A stretch of DNA of 64,000 bases, from positions 310,001 through 374,000 of the forward strand of contig NW_026576619.1 of NCBI RefSeq assembly GCF_028641065.1, in the 5' to 3' direction. The notes beneath the pieces are model-generated. The model was not told the DNA's origin. It did no database searches and was given only the letters and a program-made list of their open reading frames with translations. Source of the DNA: Leucoraja erinacea. Lineage: Eukaryota. The translations under genes and the position numbers were made by a program. Of the stretch, positions 1-10,972 are shown one piece after another. Positions within the stretch are counted from its first letter, which is position 1. Every line of letters starts with the position of its first letter.

Positions 1-142
1 CTGAGTGATAACGTTTTCACACCAAGGTTGGTGGGTGAATGGAACGAGCTGCCAGACCTACGGGCAATATCTTCACCGGGGTTGGGGGGGGGAGGGGGTG
101 TGGATTAATTAACTCCGTCCTCTCTCTCCCCACTGCTGTCAG

Positions 143-2008
143 GGATCATCGTGTACGGCCTAGCGCGGCTCTGCTCCTCGTCGCTTGACCCGTTCGGCAA
201 GAGGAAGGAGGAGGTGGAGATTCACCTGCGGTTCGTCACTGACTCCATTCACCTCTTTGTGCTGTTCCTCATCAACCTGCTGGTGGTCGCCACTTACCTG
301 CCCCCTGAGCTCTTGAAACTGCTGCCGTTACTGACGGCCGGCTTCAGCCTGGCCAGGTGAGTTCACCCCCTCCCTCCTTATCCCCCCCTCCTCCCCCCCC
401 CCACACAACCCCCACACAACCCCCACCCCCCCCCCCACACAACCCCAGCCCCCCCCCCACACACAACCCCCCCACACAACCCCCCACCCACCACTGGTTT
501 CAGACTGGCCCAGTGAGTCTACCCCCTCTTCCTCCTTATCCCCCCCTCCTCCCCCCCCCCACAACCCCCCCCCCCACCAACCCCACAGTGTACCCCCACA
601 CACAACCCCCCCCACCCACTGGCTTCAGCCTGGCCCGGTGAGTTCCCCATACCCCCTCCCTCCTTATCCCCCCCACACACAACCCCCTCACACACAACCC
701 CCCCCCTATCTTATTCTTCCCTCCCCCCCCCACACAGATTCCAGTGATCCCACATTCCCCCCCCCACCTCCGGCTCTCAGGTGGCTGGGCCAGGTCTCCC
801 CCCACCCCCCCCCTCCTTCCCCTCGCCTCCCCCCCACCTCCCCCCCCCCCCCCCCCCCCACATTCAGTGTGTGTAACACCCCTCCCCCCACCCATAACCA
901 CCACACACCCCTCTCCCTCCATCACCTTCTTCCAGGCCCCCCCCCCCCATAGTCACCTCGCCCCTATCCCCTCCTCCCCTTTCACACTCCTCCACCCTCT
1001 CCCCTTCTCCTCCCCTCCCCTCCTCTCCCCTCCCTCCCCCCCCCTCCTCTCCCCCCCTCCCCTCCTGTCCCCCTCCCTCCCTCTCTTCACCTCCCCTCCC
1101 TCTTCTGGCGCCTCCTCCTCCCTTCTCACCCCTCCTCCCCTCCCACATTCCTCCCTCTCCCTCCCCTCTCCTCCCGTCTTACCCCTCTCCCCTCTCACCC
1201 CCCTCCTTCCCCTCTCCCCCCCCCCCCCTGGGGGCCCCCTCACTCTCACCCCACCATCTCCCTCATGTGCTGTGAACCCGGGTTGGGGGGGGGGGTGGGT
1301 GGGGGGGGTGTGTGAATGGACGGGGTAGAGGTGTCCTCACCTTGGGTCTGACGGCTGTAACTCTCATTACAGGCTGATCTACTGGGTGTGGGGGGGGGGG
1401 GGGGTGAAGGGGAGAGGGAGTGTGTGAATGCACGGGGTAGAGGGGTCTTCACCTTGGGCCTGACGGCTGTAACTCTCATTACAGGCCTGATCTACTGGGG
1501 GGGAGGGGGGGGGTTGTGTGGGGGGGTTTTTGTGTGGGTGGGTGGGGGAGGGGGGGTTGTGTGGGTGGGGGGGGGGGGGTGGGGGGGGAGGGGGGGAGGG
1601 GTTGGGGGGGGGGTGGGGGAGGGGGGGCAGGGGTGTTAGGGTGGGTTGTTTTGGGGGGGGTGGTCGGTTGGGTGGGGGGGGGTGGGGAGGGGGGTTTTCA
1701 GGGTGGGTGGGGGGTGGGGGGGGGGGGTTGAGGGAGGGGTGTGAATGCACGGGGTAGAGGGGGGTCTTCACCTTGGGCCTGACGGCAGTAACTCTCATTA
1801 CAGGCTGATCTACTGGGTGACATTCGCCATCAGCAGCACATTCCGGGGATTCGGTTATGGCCTCTCCTTCTTCCCGATCCTCGGCCTCCTGGTGTGTAAC
1901 CTCAGCTACATGTTCGTGCTGGCTCCCGATCAAATGTTCGCCACGGGGACCGGAGACTGGGAGGAAGAGACGGAGGCAGCGGCCCCACGTCAGCGATTCT
2001 GGGGATGA
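143..2008 (+). CDS. TMEM79: Transmembrane protein 79 (mattrin), last two coding exons: 143-356 and 1804-2008; the gene begins upstream of the window
   Basis: The spliced translation GIIVYGLARLCSSSLDPFGKRKEEVEIHLRFVTDSIHLFVLFLINLLVVATYLPPELLKLLPLLTAGFSLAR/LIYWVTFAISSTFRGFGYGLSFFPILGLLVCNLSYMFV...RQRFWG* matches the recalled TMEM79 C-terminus. Splice signals: AG at 141-142, GTGAGT at 357, cattacAG at 1796-1803. The phase-2 junction is in frame, and the gene is adjacent to GLMP/CCT3 as in human. Confidence 0.95.
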
Positions 2009-2059
2009 ACCGCTGCCTGACCCGGTATAACTGCCCATCCAGTTTATCAACGTATATGA

Positions 2060-3000
2060 AGGAACTGCAGATGCTGCTTTACACCGAGCATAGACACAAA
2101 ATGCTGGAGTAACTCAGGGGGGCAGGCGGCATCTCTAGAGAGGAGTGGGTGACGTTACTGGTCGAGACCCTTCTCCATCTACCTCGGGCATCTTACACCC
2201 CAGCGCTATGAATATTGACTTCTCTAATTTCAAGTAATCCTTGCGAATCCTCTCTCTCCATCTCTCCCCCATCTCCAACCAGTAAATGTTACCTTTTATG
2301 CCTCGTGGTCTATTCCAATAATCTATTCTAAGATAGACACAAAATGCTGGAGTATCTCAGCGGGACTGGCAGCATCTTTGGAGGAAGGAATTGGTGACGT
2401 TTTTGGGTGGGGCCCTTTGCCTGAAGAAGGGTCTCGACCAGAGACGTCACCCATTCCTTCTCTCCAGAGATGCTGCCTGTCCCGTTACTCCAGCATTTTT
2501 GTGTCTAACTTCGGTTTAAACCAACATCTGCAGTTACATCCCACACTATTACCTACTATACATTTTCCTTGAACTACATCCCCTTTGATCTCTCGTTTGC
2601 ACACCTTGCCCTTTCATGTCTCTATGCCTCACTCTCCCCTGACTCTCAGTCTGAAGAAGGGTCTCGACCAGAGACGTCACCCATTCAAGTTCAAGTGAGT
2701 TTATTGTCATGTGTCCCTGTATAGGACAATGAAATTCTTGCTTTGCTTCAGCACAACAGAACATAGTAGGGATTAACTACAAAATAGATCAGTGTGTCCA
2801 TATACCATAATATAAATATATACACACATGAATAAATAAACTGATCAAGTGCAAATAACAGATAATGGGTTATTAATAATCAGAGTTTTGTCCGCGCCAG
2901 GTTTAATAGCCTGATGGCTGTGGGGAAGTAGATATTCCTGAACCTGCTTGTCCCTCCAGAGATGCTGCCCGTCCCGCTGAGGTACTCCAGCATTTTGTGG
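2060..3000. mobile_element. Cluster of short non-autonomous Penelope-derived (hammerhead-motif) elements in both orientations, plus a Penelope 3' remnant
   Basis: Repeated AGACACAAAATGCTGGAGTAACTCAG...CTGAAGAAGGGTCTCGAC..AC GTCACCCATTCC units (2421, 2651). The segment at ~2185-2240 encodes LHPSAMNIDFSNFK*, the same terminus as the Penelope ORF fragment at 15.8-16.1 kb. Confidence 0.75.
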
Positions 3001-3357
3001 GTAATGATTGGGAATGAGCAGCCATGATCACATTGAATGGTGGTGCTGGCTAAAAGGGCCGAATGGCCTCCTGCATCTATTGTCTATCTTTACATAGTTA
3101 TTTTTGTGTTATTGCTTTTATGGACTCGTTAATCTGAGGCAAGTAAGAATGTAATTGCCTCATTGTGGATAAATATGATAATAAAACGCTGTGACTTTAA
3201 TCTTGAGCTCTCTGTCCTGATGTCAAGGTTTTTAGCTTTCATCTCTGAACGTTCTAGTTCAGTTTATTGTCACGTGTAGCGAGGTACAGTGAAAAGCTTT
3301 TGTTGCTGGCTATCGATGGAGTCGATGGAAGGGGAGTTGGATTGGATTGTGTGATGT

Positions 3358-3620
3358 TTAGTTTAGTTTAGTTTAGAGATACAGCGCTGAAACAGACTGG
3401 CACATTAACACTAGGGACATTTTTTTCTACATTTACCAAACGAATTAATCTACATACATAAACGTCTATGGAGTGTGGGAGGAAACCAAAGATCTCGGAG
3501 AAAATCCACGGGGAGAACGTGTAAACTCCGTACAGACAGCGCCCGTAGTCGGGATCGAACCCGCGTCTCCGGCGCTGCATTCACTGTAAGGCAGAAACTC
3601 TATCGCTGCGCCACCGTGCG
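3358..3620 (-). mobile_element. tRNA-derived SINE (HE1-like)
   Basis: The minus strand starts GCACGGTGGCGCAGCGATAGAGTT (A box) and contains GGTTCGATCCC (B box), a body with GTACGGAGTTTACACGTTCTCCCCGTG, and a (CTAAA)n tail at ~3358-3375. Confidence 0.75.
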
Positions 3621-3721
3621 GCTGGGCTGGGGAGACTCAGATCTCATTATAATCACGTGGGGGTCAATGTAAGACCCCCCACCCTGAGGAAACTGTCTGA
3701 GGGTAGATAGACGGCAACTGT

Positions 3722-4170
3722 CCCCCTCCCACAGCGCGGCGCTCCCTCACTCCCGCCCCTCCCACAGCGCGGCGCTCCCTCACTCGCCGCCCCTCCCACA
3801 GCGCGGCGCTCCCTCACTCCAACCCCCCCCCCTCCCACAGCGCGGCGCTCCCTCACTCCCGCCCCTCCCACAGCGCGGCGCTCCCTCACTCCCCGCCCCT
3901 CTCCCACCTCCCACAGCGCGGCGCTCCCTCCACTCCCGCCCCTCCCACAGCGCGGCGCTCCCTCACTCCCCGCCCCTCCCACAGCGCGGCGCTCCCTCAC
4001 TTGCGGCACTCTCCCTCCCACAGCGCGGCGCTCCCCCTCCCCGCCCCCCCTCGATCCCACAGCGCGGCGCTCCCTCCTCACTCCTCCCTCCCACAGCGCG
4101 GCGCTCCCTCACCGCCACGCCTCCACAGCGCGGCGCTCCCTCACTCCCCACAGCGCGGCGCTCCCTCACT
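3722..4170. repeat. CpG-rich minisatellite, ~30-bp unit CCCTCCCACAGCGCGGCGCTCCCTCACTCC, about 14 copies; a shorter copy lies at ~5400-5550
   Basis: Directly visible tandem units; this array is the source of the RERRAVG-repeat ORFs. Confidence 0.9.
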
Positions 4171-4413
4171 CACGCGCCCCTCCCTCCTCCCGCCCGGGAG
4201 TTGTCAGGGCCGTGAGCCGGGAAGTTAGTGTCGGTAAATCCGTGAGCGCCGGGCAGCGCCAAAACGGGGGCGGGGAACAGCAACTCTCCCCGCCCGGAGG
4301 AAGCGAGCGAGGGAGGGAGGGAGGGAGCGAACGAGGGAGGGGGAGAAGGAGGGAGGGAGCGAGGGGGAGAGGCGAGAGGAGGAAGGACTGGTCTCCGCGG
4401 GGCTGGCGGACCG

Positions 4414-7400
4414 ATGGCAGCTACGGAGCGGATGCCCGAGCGCCGCAGGCAGTGCATGTTCCGCCTCGAACTTCCAAAACTGCCCGTTCCGCAAACTAGC
4501 GCGGAAAGTCCGGGGCAACAACGTTTATGGTGAGGACTCGGCCCGGGACAGGTCGGGACAGGTCGGGTCGGGAGAGGGTGGGGAGGGGAATGGTAAGGGG
4601 GGGGGGGGGCGGGAGACGGTCGGGTGGGTCCGTGGCCCCGGGGGTCGGGCGGTGGGTCCGTGGCCCCGGGGGTCGGGCTGGGCTCTGTCCTTGACGACCC
4701 ACCGTCAGACCCGCAACAAACGCGGCCCGGTTTTGCGGAAGTTTGTCCCGCTGTGACGTGGCCAACCCGGCCTGTTGACAAAACATGCAGGTGAAACTCA
4801 GCGGTTGATGCAGCTTCTGTGGAGCCAAGGAAATAGGCGACGTTGCGGGGCCGGTGACGGAGCAGCAGCCGGTCCCTGGGCAGTTTTCCTGCACACCTCC
4901 TCTCCCCCCCCCCCCCACCTTCAGAGCGAGTCGAGGGGGGGGGGGGGGGTGAGGTTTGGGAGTTTGTTTTGCCCCCCCCCCCAGGGCCTCTGTGCAGAGC
5001 TGTGACCCCCTCCCCTCCGTTTAAAAACCCGCCCCCCCTAGAGCTGAGCGGGGGATCCGTGAACTACCCCCCCTCCCCCTCCCCCCCAACCCTCACCCCC
5101 CCCCTCCCTCACCCCCCTCCACCTCACACACTCACCCTCCCCTCTCCCCCTCCCTCCCTCCCCTCTCTCACCCCACCCCCACTCCTCCCAATCCGTCCTC
5201 CCCTCACCCCCCCCTCCTCCCCCCCCACCCTTCCTACCTCCCCCACTCTCCCTACTCCCCTACCTCACCCCCCCACCCCCCTCCCTCCCTCACCCCCCCC
5301 CCCACTATCCCCAATCCTCCTCCCCTCACCCCCCCTACCCTCACCCCCACTCTCCCTACCCCATCCTCCCCCCCCCCCCCCCCCCTCCCTCCCTCACCCC
5401 CCTCCCGCCCCTCCCACAGCGCGGCGCTCCCTCACTCCCGCCCCCCCCACAGCGCGGCGCTCCCTCACTCCCACAGCGCGGCGCTCCCTCACCGCCACGC
5501 CTCCCACAGCGCGGCGCTCCCTCACTCCCACAGCGCGGCGCTCCCTCACTCCCGCCCGGGAGTTGTCAGGCCGTGAGCGGGAAGTTAGTGTCGGTAAATC
5601 CGTGAGCTCCGGGCAGCGCCAAAACGGGGGCGGGGAACAGCAACTCTCCCCGCCCGGAGGAAGCGAGCGAGGGAGGGAGGGAGGGAGGGAGGGAGCGAAC
5701 GGGGGGGGGGGAGAAGGAGGGAGGGAGCGAGGGGGGAGAGGCGAGAGGAGGAAGGACTGGTCTCCGCGGGGCTGGCGGACCGATGGCAGCTACGGAGCGG
5801 ATGCCCGAGCGCCGCAGGCAGTGCATGTTCCGCCTCGACTTCCAAAACTGCCCGTTCCGCAAACTAGCGCGGAAAGTCCGGGGCAACAACGTCTATGGTG
5901 AGGACTCGGCCCGGGACAGGTCGGGACAGGTCGGGTCGGGAGAGGTGGGGAGGGGAATGGGAAGGGGGGGGGGGGCGGGAGACGGGCGGTGGGTCCGTGG
6001 CCCCGGGGGTCGGGCGGTGGGTCCGTGGCCCCGGGGGTCGGGCTGGGCTCTGTCCTTGACGACTCACCGTCAGACCCGCAACAAACGCGGCCCGGTTTGC
6101 GGAAGTTTGTCCCGCTGTGACGTGGCCAAACCCGGCCTGTTGACAAAACATGCAGGTGAAACTCAGCGGTTGATGCAGCTTCTGTGGAGCCAAGGAAATA
6201 GGCGACGTTGCGGGGCCGGTGACGGAGCAGCAGCCGGTCCCGGGGCAGTTTCCTGCACCACCTCTCCCCCCCCCCCACCTTCAGAGCGAGTCGAGGGGGG
6301 GGGGGGGGTGAGGTTTGGGAGTTTGTTTGCCCCCCCCCCCAGGGGCCCTCTGTGCAGAGCTGTGACCCCCTCCCCTCCGTTAAACCCGCCCCCCCTAGAG
6401 CTGAGCGGGGGATCCGTGAACTACCCCCCCTCCCATCTCCCCCAACCCTCACCCCCCCCCTCCCTCACCCCCCTCCTCCACCTCACACACTCACCTTCCT
6501 TCCCCCTCCCCCCCCACCCTCCCTCTCTCACCCCACCCCCACTCTCCCAATCCGTCCTCCCCTCACCCCCCTTCCTCACCTCCCCCCCACCCTTCCCTAC
6601 CTCACCCTACCTACCTCACCCCACTCTCCCTACCTCAACCCCCCACCCCCCCTCCCTCACCCCCCCCCCCACTATCCCAATCCATCCTCCCCTCACCCCC
6701 CTACCTCACCCCCACACTCTCCCTACCTCACCCCCCCACCCCCCCCCTCCCTCACCCACCCCCCCCCCCCACTCTCCCAATCCATCCTCCCCTCAACCCC
6801 CCCCCCCCCCTCCCGGGGAGGCTCCGGCCATGTCCTCGAGTCTGACCACTTCTCTCCCGCCATTGCAGACGTGCCGACGGTGCCCGCGGGGAGTGTGTCT
6901 GACCGGTGGAGCCCCTTCAACACGGTCTCCGGGACTTTCCCGCCACCCGAGGCGCTTTCTCCCGCCCACCCTTTCCCGTCGCTGCCGCCGCAGCCGCTGC
7001 CACTCGGCCCACAGACCGGCGGCTTCCCCGTCCACCGGGCCCACGTGGAACTCAACCGGGCGCCGAGTGACTCGAGTGTGGGTGAGTTTACAGATGTAAT
7101 GCTGACAGATTTAAGGCCACATTTAGAGTTCCGGGCACCATGTTATAGGGAAGATGTTGTCAATCGGTTCAGAGGAGATTCACGAATAAGTGACGTTTCG
7201 GATCGAAATCCTTCTTCAGACTGACGGTGACGTTTCGAACATTATCTGCATGGTGTCAGATTAGGAGAAGGGGAGATGCAACAAGACCTTGTACACCAGT
7301 CACTGAAAGTAAACATGCAGGTATAGCAGGCAGTGAAGAAAGCTAATGGCATGTTGGCCTTCATTGCGAGGACTTGAGTTTTGGATCAAGGAGGTCCTAC

Positions 7401-9334
7401 TGCAGTTGTACAGGGCCCTGGTGAGACCGCACCTGCAGTATTGTGTGCAGTTTTGGTCTCCTAATTTGAGGAAGGACATTCTTGCTATTGAGGGAGCCCA
7501 GCGTAGGTTCACCAGGTTAATTCCCGGGATGGCGGGACTGTCATATGCTGAGAGAATGGAGCGGCTGGGCTTGCATTCACTGGAATTTAGAAGGATGAGA
7601 GGCTATCTTATAGAAACATATAAAATTCTTCAAGGATTGAACAGGCTAGAGGCAGCAAAAATGTTCCCGATGTTGGGGGAGTCCAGAAACAGGGGTCACA
7701 GTTTAAGAATAAGGGGTCGGCCATTTAGAACTGAGATGAGGAAAAACTTCTTCACCCAGAGAGTTGTGAATCTGTGGAATTCTCTGCCACAGAAGGCAGT
7801 GGAGGCCGATTCACTGGATGTTTTCAAGAGAGAGTTATATTTAGCTCTTTGGGCTAAAGGAATCAAGGGATATGGGGAAAAAACAGGAACGGAGTACTGA
7901 TTTTAGAAGATCAGCCATGATCATATTGAATGGCGGTGTTGGCCCGAAGGGCCGAACGGCCTGCTCCTGCGCCTATTTAACTTTCTATCTTTCCCTCTGA
8001 ACTCCATTATCCTGCCTTCTCCCCATATCCCCCGACACCCATACTAGTTAAGAATCTGTCCAGCATTTTGTGTCTAACTTCGATTTAAACCACTGCAGTT
8101 CTTCCCGACACATACTAATCAAGAATCTGTTAAAGTCAGTTTTTAAAATAACAATTATCGTGGCATCCACAGCCGTCTGTAGCAATGAATTCCACAGATT
8201 CACCACCCTCTGGCTAAAGAAATTCAAGCAGCGAGTCGTACAGCATGGAAACAGGCCCTTCGGCCCAACTTGTCTACACCGACCAACGTGCCCCACCTAC
8301 ACTAGTTCCACCTGCCCGCGTTTGGCCCATTTTCCTTCAAACCTATCCTATCCATGTACCTGTCTAACTGTTTCTTAAACGTTGGGATAGTCCCAGCCTC
8401 AACTACCTCCTCCGGCAGCTCGTTCCATACACCCACCACCCTCTGTGTGGAAAAAAAGGTACCCCTGAGATTCATATTAAATCTTTCTCCCTTCACCTTA
8501 AACCTATGACCTCTGATCCTCGGTTCCCCAACTCTGGGCAAGAGACTCTGTGCGTCTACCCGTTCTATTCCTCTCATGATTTTATACACCTCTATAAGAT
8601 CACCCCTCATCCTCCTGCGCTCCATGGAATAGAGACCCAGCCCTGTTCAACCTCTCCCTGTAACTCACACCCTCTAGTCCCGGTAATATCCTCGTAAATC
8701 TTCTCTGCGCCCTTTCTAGTTTGACAACATATCTCAGCCGACGCGGTGCCCAGAATGGGAGACAATTCTCTAAACGTTGACGTGTTTTTTAGCCAGAGGC
8801 GAATCGTTCCTATTGAGGGAGGGGGTCGGTGGAGGTGGAGAGGGGGGGGGTGGAGAGGGGGGGGGGAGGAGAGTGGGAGGGGGTGGGGGTGGAGAGGGGG
8901 GGGGGGGGTGGGTGGTGGGGGGGGGGGGGGGGGGGCTAAATCTCCAGCGGCTGCGACCCGTTGCAGTGATTCCCGGAGTGGATCTGATCCGATCGTAAAC
9001 AAAACCCAGCTGCTGACGGTCCACGTGACAATAACAAACTAATCCCGGGAGGGGCAAACGGAGAAAAAACACCGGGACATTCCGGTAAAATAGTGACGGG
9101 GGTTGTCAAGACTCCACAGTTCCGCGGTGGGAAGGGGGGAGGGGAGTGGGGGTAGAGAGGGTGTGGGAGAGAAGGGGGGGGGAGTGGGGGGTAGAGAGGG
9201 TGGGGAGAGAAGGGGGGCGGTGCAAGGGGGGGGGGGTCAGTGTGAAGGGCCACAGTCTCCCTCCCTCTGACGCCCTCTCCCTCTCTCCCGCTGCAGACAT
9301 GGAGGTGGATCCGGAGACCGGGGAACGCGCCTGA
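4414..9334 (+). CDS. Putative unidentified multi-exon protein-coding gene with a duplicated 5' part. Candidate exons: 4414-4529 / 5783-5897, 4709- / 6074-, ~6820-7081, 9297-9357 (stop at 9332-9334), 3' exon ~9965-10680
   Basis: Islands of complex sequence bounded by splice signals lie inside low-complexity tracts. The donor G|GTGAGT at 7081/7082 joins a strong polypyrimidine acceptor (ctgcAG|9297) in frame, giving ...ELNRAPSDSSVDMEVDPETGERA*. There is a further donor CAG|GTGAGT at 9357 and AATAAA at 10661. The 5' reading frame cannot be resolved and I do not recognise the protein. Confidence 0.5.
7247..7985 (+). mobile_element. CR1-type LINE 3' fragment (RT C-terminus plus 3' UTR)
   Basis: ORF 7346-7900 (LYRALVRPHLQYCVQFWSP...RGYLIETYKI...RGHSLRI...NFFTQRVVNLWNSLP) is the canonical CR1 ORF2 end. 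Confidence 0.92.
8110..8740 (-). mobile_element. CR1-type LINE 3' fragments
   Basis: ORF 8302-8625: RRRMRGDLIEVYKIMRG...RGHRFKV...[17 protein letters not shown]. Confidence 0.9.
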
Positions 9335-10618
9335 CTCCGTTTCCCAGCGTCGCTCAGGTGAGTCTGTTCCCCCCTCCTCCCACTATCCCCTTTCCCCTCG
9401 CTACTCCCCCCCCTCTCCCCCCCCCCCCCTCCCCCCCCCTCCGTCCCTCTCCGCCCCTCCCTGCTCCTCCACCTCTCTCCCCCTCCTCCCCCAGGGATCC
9501 CCCCCAGCAGGGACCAGGAATCCCCACCCACTCTTCCAGGAATGCCCCCCCCCCTGACGGTGCCCCCCCTCTCCCTCCCCCACCCCACCCACCCATGGCG
9601 GTGCCCCCCCCCTCTCCCCCCCCCCCCCCCCCCCCCCTCCCCCGCAACCCTCCCCCCTCCCCCCCCACCCCCCCCCCCCCCCCCCCCCCCCCCCTGACGG
9701 TGCCCCCCCTCTCCCTCCCCCCCCCACCCATGGCGGTGCCCCCCCCCTCCCCCCCCCTCTCCCTCCCCCCCACCCCACCCATGGCGGTGCCCCCCCCCCA
9801 CCCCACCCAAGGCGGTGCTCTTCCCCCCCCCCCACAGTTGACATCTCTCCACTGTTTCTCCAGAGATGTTCCCGGACCCGCTGAGTTAATCCCGCGCTTT
9901 GTGTTTTATTTTAGTGAACCCGCATCGATACTTCCCGGTCTCCACAGCGACTTCCTCCCAACAGGTGGAAACTGCGCAGGTGCGTTGTCCAGGTGACGCT
10001 GCCCCCACGGGCCGGATCGGCCGGAGGCCGAACTGACCAGTGACTGGGATCCGACTGTGCCGGGAAGGGAGGGGGGGAGTGAGAGGGGGGGGGGAGGGAG
10101 GGAGGGGGGAGTGAGAGGGGAAGGGGGGCAGTGAGAGGGGGGGAGGGTGGGGGGAGGTGGGGAGTGGGGGCAGTGAGAGAGGGGGAGAGTGGGAGGGGGG
10201 CAGTGAGAGAGGGAGGGTGAGTGAGGGGGAGGGGGGAGAGGAGGCAATTTTGAGAGGGAAGGTGTAGAGGAGGGCGGGGGCAGTTTTGAGAGGGGGGAGG
10301 GAGTGGAGAGAGAGGGCAGTGAGAGAGGGAGGGGGGCAGTGAGAGAGGGAGGGGGGCAGTGTGGGGGAGGGAGGGGGCAGTGGGGGAGGGGGTGAGGGAG
10401 GGAGGGAGAGGAGGAGGGAGGGGGGAAGAGGAGGCAGTGAGGAGGGAGGGGGGCAGTGGGGGAGGGGGATAGGGAGGGCGAGAGGGATAGGGGGAGTGAA
10501 GGGAGGGGAGGGGGGGGGGGGGAGCGGAAGCGGCCGGTGACCGCGCTCGCAGGCCACGGCGCCTGGGGGGGCAACAGCGAGGACCGCGAGAGGCGCCTCT
10601 ATTCGCGGAGAGTTTTTT

Positions 10619-10666
10619 TTTATTGTAAAACAGGAGTTTGTACAGAGACTCTGAAACTGGAATAAA
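10619..10666. terminator. Two opposed polyadenylation signals: AATAAA on - at 10619-10624 (GLMP) and on + at 10661-10666 (unidentified gene)
   Basis: TTTATT and AATAAA occur in the only AT-rich island of a GC-rich region; GT/T-rich sequence follows the + signal. Confidence 0.6.
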
Positions 10667-10972
10667 GTTTTGTGCTTTGGTTGGTTCCCGCGGTCCGAGC
10701 TGCTGTTTCTCGCGGGTCCCGCGTTGTTGGACCCTTCTCCGCTCGGACACGACGCCGACTGGCCGGACAACCCCCGGCATCGGGGACAGTGGGGGGGGGG
10801 GGGGGGGGGGGGGATGGAGGGGGAGCCCTTGGTGGTCGTTGCATCTGCGACAGTCGGGGCGGGGGTTATGGGGGGGGGCGGGGGGGGGGGGGGCGGGGAG
10901 GGTGGTGTCTGAATCACCGGGGTCCGTTTCCAGCATAGACCGGAGGTCAGGCAGCGGCAACGGCGGCGGCCG

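Noticed and set aside
328-1757. Poly-Pro and poly-Gly ORFs (also at 9.1-12.9 kb and 32.7-33.3 kb)
   Set aside because: Low-complexity C/G tracts in introns, with no coding signature.
5870-5900. VRGNNVY resembling the Sm2 motif of Sm/LSm proteins
   Set aside because: No Sm1 motif, and the frame depends on an indel that differs between the two duplicate copies.
7346-7900. 184-aa ORF as a host gene
   Set aside because: It is the C-terminal part of CR1 ORF2, 5'-truncated.
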